Source: Armatimonadota bacterium (lineage in GTDB: Bacteria > Armatimonadota > Zipacnadia > Zipacnadales > UBA5352). Taken from it: DNA of 10,072 nt. The stretch is from NCBI GenBank assembly GCA_034722055.1, contig JAYENL010000125.1, forward strand, positions 1-10,072, written 5' to 3'. The translations under genes were made by a program, and so were the position numbers. A model generated the notes under the pieces. That model was not told where the DNA came from. It did not search any database and saw only the letters and a program-made list of their open reading frames with translations. Below are positions 7,042 through 10,072 of the stretch, in pieces; the stretch's first letter is position 1, and every line of letters begins with the position of its first letter.

Positions 7042-7731
7042 ATGACTGCTGCGACAGGCGACGGTAGTGGCATAGAGTGCCCCGGATCGCCGCGTGCGAG
7101 CGGGCGGAGGCCCGCCTTGGTCACGGGCGTCGTCCTGATAGCCGCTCTGGCCGTGATCGGCATGGTACTGGCGCGGTGGGTCGGCCGGCCGTCTGCTCCT
7201 TCCAAGGTGGCGGTCACCCTGGTCGAGGGCGCCGACCGCGAGTTGGTCGGGGAGATCGCGCGCCGCCTGCAGGCGAAGCTGGGGGTTCAGGTGCTCGTGG
7301 CGGAGGAAATGCTCCCTCTGCCGGATGACGCCTACGACGCCGAGCGCGAGCAGTACGAGTCCAGCGCCTTCCTGTCTCGACTGCATGAGGTCAGCGAGGA
7401 CGATCGCGTCCTGCTTCTGGCCGTCACGGAGGCGGACCTCTACACAGGCGAAATGAACTTCGTGCTGGGGCAGGCGGTGCTTGGTGGCGGCGTGGCGGTG
7501 TGCTCGCTGGCGCGCCTGCGTCCCGAGTTCTGGGGACGCGAGCCCGATGGGCCGCTGCTGCTGGAACGAGGCGTGAAGGTGTTTATGCACGAGATCGGTC
7601 ATGCCCTGGGGCTGCGGCACTGTCCGGATGAGCGGTGCGTGATGCACTTCGGCGCCACGGTCATGTCGGTGGATCGCACGCCGGCCCGATTCTGCGACCG
7701 GTGTGCGCGCCGGGCCGGCCTGCCGCGGTGA
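7042..7731 (+). CDS. Archaemetzincin-family (peptidase M54) zinc metalloprotease with N-terminal membrane anchor; alternative start TTG 7117
   Basis: AYDAEREQY, ADLY, NFVLGQA, SLARLRPEFWG, HEIGHALGLRHC (7588-7623), CVM Met-turn and FCDRC completing the Cys4 site. Hydrophobic segment LVTGVVLIAALAVIGMVLA at 7117-7173. Confidence 0.88.
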   Translation: MTAATGDGSGIECPGSPRASGRRPALVTGVVLIAALAVIGMVLARWVGRPSAPSKVAVTLVEGADRELVGEIARRLQAKLGVQVLVAEEMLPLPDDAYDAEREQYESSAFLSRLHEVSEDDRVLLLAVTEADLYTGEMNFVLGQAVLGGGVAVCSLARLRPEFWGREPDGPLLLERGVKVFMHEIGHALGLRHCPDERCVMHFGATVMSVDRTPARFCDRCARRAGLPR

Positions 7732-7755
7732 ACCACGCACGGAAGGACCAGCGCC

Positions 7756-8289
7756 ATGCGGGTGCGTCTGATCCTCTTCGGCGACGCTGACCGGCGGCTG
7801 GCCCAGCAGATCGCCCGGCGCGTCGAGGAGGTCCTGGTGCCGACTGCGACTGTGGCCCCCGGCTCGCTGCCGTTGCCCGCCGAGGTCTACGATCCGGCGC
7901 GGGGGCAGTACCTCGTCGGCGCGCTGCTGAACAGGGTGCGAGAGGCGCAGGCTCCGGCAGCGGACCGCGTGCTGGGAGTCGCCGACGCGGACCTGTATGC
8001 GGGAGATCTGAACTTCGTCTTCGGCCAGGCGGAGCTGCCGGGGCGGGTGGCGGTGATGTCCCTGACCCGCCTCCGGCCGGAGTTCTGGGGCGGGCAGCCG
8101 GACGAGAAGCTGCTGCTTCAGCGCGCGGCTAAGGAGGCCGTGCATGAGCTGGGGCACACCCTGGGCCTGCGGCACTGCCCTAACCCCAACTGCGTCATGC
8201 ACTTCTCGAATCGCCTCGCGGACACGGATCGCAAGAGCGTCGAGCCCTGTCCGCGCTGCATGGCGAAGATCGATCGGCAGTTGCGGTAG
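7756..8289 (+). CDS. amzA: Archaemetzincin-family (peptidase M54) zinc metalloprotease, soluble
   Basis: YDPARGQY, DADLYAGDLNFVFGQA, RLRPEFWG, KEAVHELGHTLGLRHC, CVMHFSN, DTDRKS, PCPRC. SD-like GGAAGGA at 7741-7747. Confidence 0.92.
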   Translation: MRVRLILFGDADRRLAQQIARRVEEVLVPTATVAPGSLPLPAEVYDPARGQYLVGALLNRVREAQAPAADRVLGVADADLYAGDLNFVFGQAELPGRVAVMSLTRLRPEFWGGQPDEKLLLQRAAKEAVHELGHTLGLRHCPNPNCVMHFSNRLADTDRKSVEPCPRCMAKIDRQLR

Positions 8290-8316
8290 ACCCGCCCGTG
8301 CCCTTGGTGGTAATCT
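8287..8316 (+). promoter_or_regulatory. Possible sigma70-type promoter firing into the 8320-8520 intergenic region
   Basis: TAGACC (8287-8292), 18-nt spacer, TAATCT (8311-8316) with TG at 8308-8309 (extended -10). Confidence 0.3.
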
Positions 8317-8494
8317 GCGCAACCCTCCGTATGGTGGCGAGGGGAGCGCTCGGCGGCTTGGTTGTCTTCAAGATGCGCGGCGTGCCTGGTGGAGGGGCTG
8401 CCGGGCGCGCAGCGCCCGGTGAGGCCTGTGAGCAGGGCGAGCAGGCCGAAGGTTCCACCCCGGCCCGGGACGCTCCGCCCAAGGCCCAAACAGC

Positions 8495-8519
8495 GTGCAG
8501 GCGAGGGCGCCTGCACTCC
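8495..8519. terminator. Hairpin between convergent genes (possible bidirectional terminator or GGAG-type REP)
   Basis: GTGCAGGCG-AGGG-CGCCTGCAC, a 9-bp stem. It is followed by TCCTT on plus and GCTGTTT on minus. On minus it reads GGAG-TGCAGGCG-CCCT-CGCCTGCA. Confidence 0.5.
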
Positions 8520-8614
8520 TTAACGCGTGTGCCGGGATGGAACCTGAGCAAACGCACCACCGTGACGCCGCATAATACCGGAACTTCTGCTACGCACTGC
8601 CAGGATGTGTCCGG

Positions 8615-9697
8615 CTACCTGATCTTCACCGCCTTGCCCTGGTCGGCGGACTTGTACATGGCGTCCAGGATCTTCATGATGCGCAGGCCGTCGGTGGCCG
8701 GCGAGATGGGCTCCTGGCCCTCCACCAGGCAGTCCACGAAGTGCTCCACCGCCGTGTGCCTGCCCATCGCCTCATCGGGCTCGAGCTTAACCACCCGATC
8801 CACAGCCTCGCCCTGCTCCTGGGTATACAGCTCCAGGGTGTCGATGGCGGTCTCATCAACGCCGTCGATGGCAAAGACGCGCTCCAGGCTCGCGCCGGCC
8901 TCAGTGCCGCAGAGCGTGGAGTAGACCCACTCCCGCTTGATGCGCGACGCCCAGGAGGCCTCCAGCATGACGGTCTGGCCGTCCGCGAACTTGAGCATCC
9001 CCACAGCCATGTCCTCGACGTCGAAGGTCCCCTTGGGGTCCGGGGTGCCCCACGGCCCCAGAGCCTCCATCTCCGGCCCGAACACCGAGTAGGTGGAGGC
9101 CATGCACATCTCGGGCTCGGGGTTGCCCATCAGCCACAGAGTCAGGTCCAGCATGTGCACCGCAAGATCGATCAGCGGCCCGCCCCCTGCGATCTCCTTC
9201 TGCGTAAACCAGCCGCCCCATCCCGGAATGCCATTGCGGCGGATCCAGCCGCAGCGGGCGAAGTAGATGTCGCCGAAAGTGCCGTCATCCACGTGCCCCT
9301 TCAGCACCTGGGCCTCCGGCCGGAAGCGGTTGTTGAACTGGACCATCAGGGTCAGGCCGGCGTCCTCGGCGGCATCCACCATCTTCTGGCCCTCTTTGGC
9401 GGTCCGGGCCAGCGGCTTCTCACAGAGGACGTTCTTCTCGGCCTTCAGGCAGTCGATGGTGATGGGGGCATGGAACTTGTTGGGGACGCAGACGCTGACA
9501 CAGTCCAGCTCCAGCTCCAGCATGTCCTCGTAGTCAGTGAACAGCTTCTCGATCTCGTAGTCCTCGCCGGTCTCCGCCAGCAGCTCCTCATTGAGATCGC
9601 ACAGCGCTACGACCTCGGAATCCTCGTGTGCCTGGTAGGCCTCGATGTGATACGTCCCGATCCCGGCCCCGATGACTCCGGCCTTGATCTTGGCCAC
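8615..9697 (-). CDS. Gfo/Idh/MocA family NAD(P)-dependent oxidoreductase
   Basis: Rossmann motif KAGVIGAGIG, VPNKFH, VLCEKP, RFRP, GGGPLIDLAVHMLD, FDVED. GTG start with SD GGAGG at 9706-9710 on minus. Confidence 0.95.
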   Translation of the reverse strand: MAKIKAGVIGAGIGTYHIEAYQAHEDSEVVALCDLNEELLAETGEDYEIEKLFTDYEDMLELELDCVSVCVPNKFHAPITIDCLKAEKNVLCEKPLARTAKEGQKMVDAAEDAGLTLMVQFNNRFRPEAQVLKGHVDDGTFGDIYFARCGWIRRNGIPGWGGWFTQKEIAGGGPLIDLAVHMLDLTLWLMGNPEPEMCMASTYSVFGPEMEALGPWGTPDPKGTFDVEDMAVGMLKFADGQTVMLEASWASRIKREWVYSTLCGTEAGASLERVFAIDGVDETAIDTLELYTQEQGEAVDRVVKLEPDEAMGRHTAVEHFVDCLVEGQEPISPATDGLRIMKILDAMYKSADQGKAVKIR

Positions 9698-9807
9698 GTT
9701 CGGACCCTCCCTCTATCTGCAGGTCTCCGCTTGGTCTCAGTCGCGCTGCAGCGGTTCTTCGACGTGCGAAGGGCGGGACCTCTTGAGGGAGGATGGTGGG
9801 CACGGTG

Positions 9808-9887
9808 GGCCTCACCCCCTTGCAGTTCGCGGGGGCGAACTGCCTTCCCCCTCTCCCTGGCAGCTTCGCCGCAGGCGGGAGAGGGGG
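9808..9887 (+). repeat. REP-like palindromic element, copy 1 (CCCTCTCCC...GGGAGAGGG type)
   Basis: GGCCTCACCCC, then hairpin GCAGTTCGC-GGGG-GCGAACTGC (9822-9843), then an 11-bp stem CCCCCTCTCCC (9847-9857) / GGGAGAGGGGG (9877-9887). Confidence 0.7.
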
Positions 9888-9902
9888 CCAACGACAAGCG
9901 GC

Positions 9903-9928
9903 CGGCGGGCAAGGCTGCCCGCCGCTCC
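9903..9928 (-). repeat. GGAG-type REP-like hairpin
   Basis: Minus strand reads GGAG-CGGCGGGCA-GCCT-TGCCCGCCG, a tetranucleotide directly preceding a 9-bp stem. Confidence 0.5.
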
Positions 9929-9979
9929 GTACCACATTTCGGGGGCGAGAGAGCGACAATGGCGGATGGGGCGCTCCGT

Positions 9980-10059
9980 CCCCCCTCCCGCTTGCGCCAC
10001 GTCGTGTGTGGCGCCAGGGAGGGGGGTGGCCCGAGCGAAGCTCGGGGCGGGGGGAGGCC
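9980..10059 (-). repeat. REP-like palindromic element, copy 2, inverted relative to copy 1
   Basis: Minus strand reads GGCCTCCCCCC, hairpin CCCGAGC-TTC-GCTCGGG, then a 10-bp stem CCCCCCTCCC/GGGAGGGGGG enclosing TGGC...GCAAGC. Same layout and same 80-nt length as 9808-9887. Confidence 0.7.
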
Positions 10060-10072
10060 GGGACGGCAGCCT

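Noticed and set aside
6958..8322. 454-aa antisense ORF over the two peptidases
   Set aside because: Shadow ORF; both M54 genes happen to be in the same frame. No motifs.
8397..8452. Hammerhead-like pattern CUG-[hairpin]-UGA-GGCC...GGCC-GAA
   Set aside because: No intact CUGANGA, GAAG instead of GAAA, and I could not build stems I and III with a valid NUH cleavage site.
8343..8481. tRNA-Sec-like or 6S-like features (GGAG start, CTTCAA, GGTTCCAC, 3' TCCGCC)
   Set aside because: Spacing does not fit a tRNA, the anticodon and T stems do not pair, and there is no CCA. The internal bubble is one-sided, unlike 6S RNA.
8298..8924. 208-aa plus ORF (and minus ORFs 8118-8516, 8195-8560) across the intergenic gap
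   Set aside because: Each overlaps a real gene on the opposite strand, runs through hairpins, and has no motifs.
9698..10072. CRISPR array, riboswitch or small CDS upstream of the oxidoreductase
   Set aside because: No regularly spaced direct repeats and no riboswitch consensus recognised. The short ORFs run through palindromic repeats.

Overview
GC-rich bacterial window. The prepilin/H-X9-DG genes suggest Armatimonadota or a similar lineage (inference). Left arm, minus strand: a 900-aa GH2 glycoside hydrolase, a complete prepilin-type N-methylation/H-X9-DG (DUF1559-like) gene, and the start of a second such gene at the window edge. Diverging on the plus strand from an AT-rich promoter patch is a four-gene run: a small winged-helix-like protein, an ~874-aa tandem KaiC-type ATPase fused C-terminally to a signal-less trehalose/maltose-type solute-binding domain, and two tandem archaemetzincin (M54) zinc metalloproteases, one with an N-terminal membrane anchor. 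A hairpin-rich intergenic region, a convergent Gfo/Idh/MocA oxidoreductase and an inverted pair of 80-nt REP-like elements follow. The main candidate for a new system is the KaiC-SBP fusion with its wHTH partner, and possibly the proteases: a putative cytoplasmic sugar-sensing KaiC switch with no kaiA or kaiB in the window. All family assignments come from motif recognition by eye; no searches were run.
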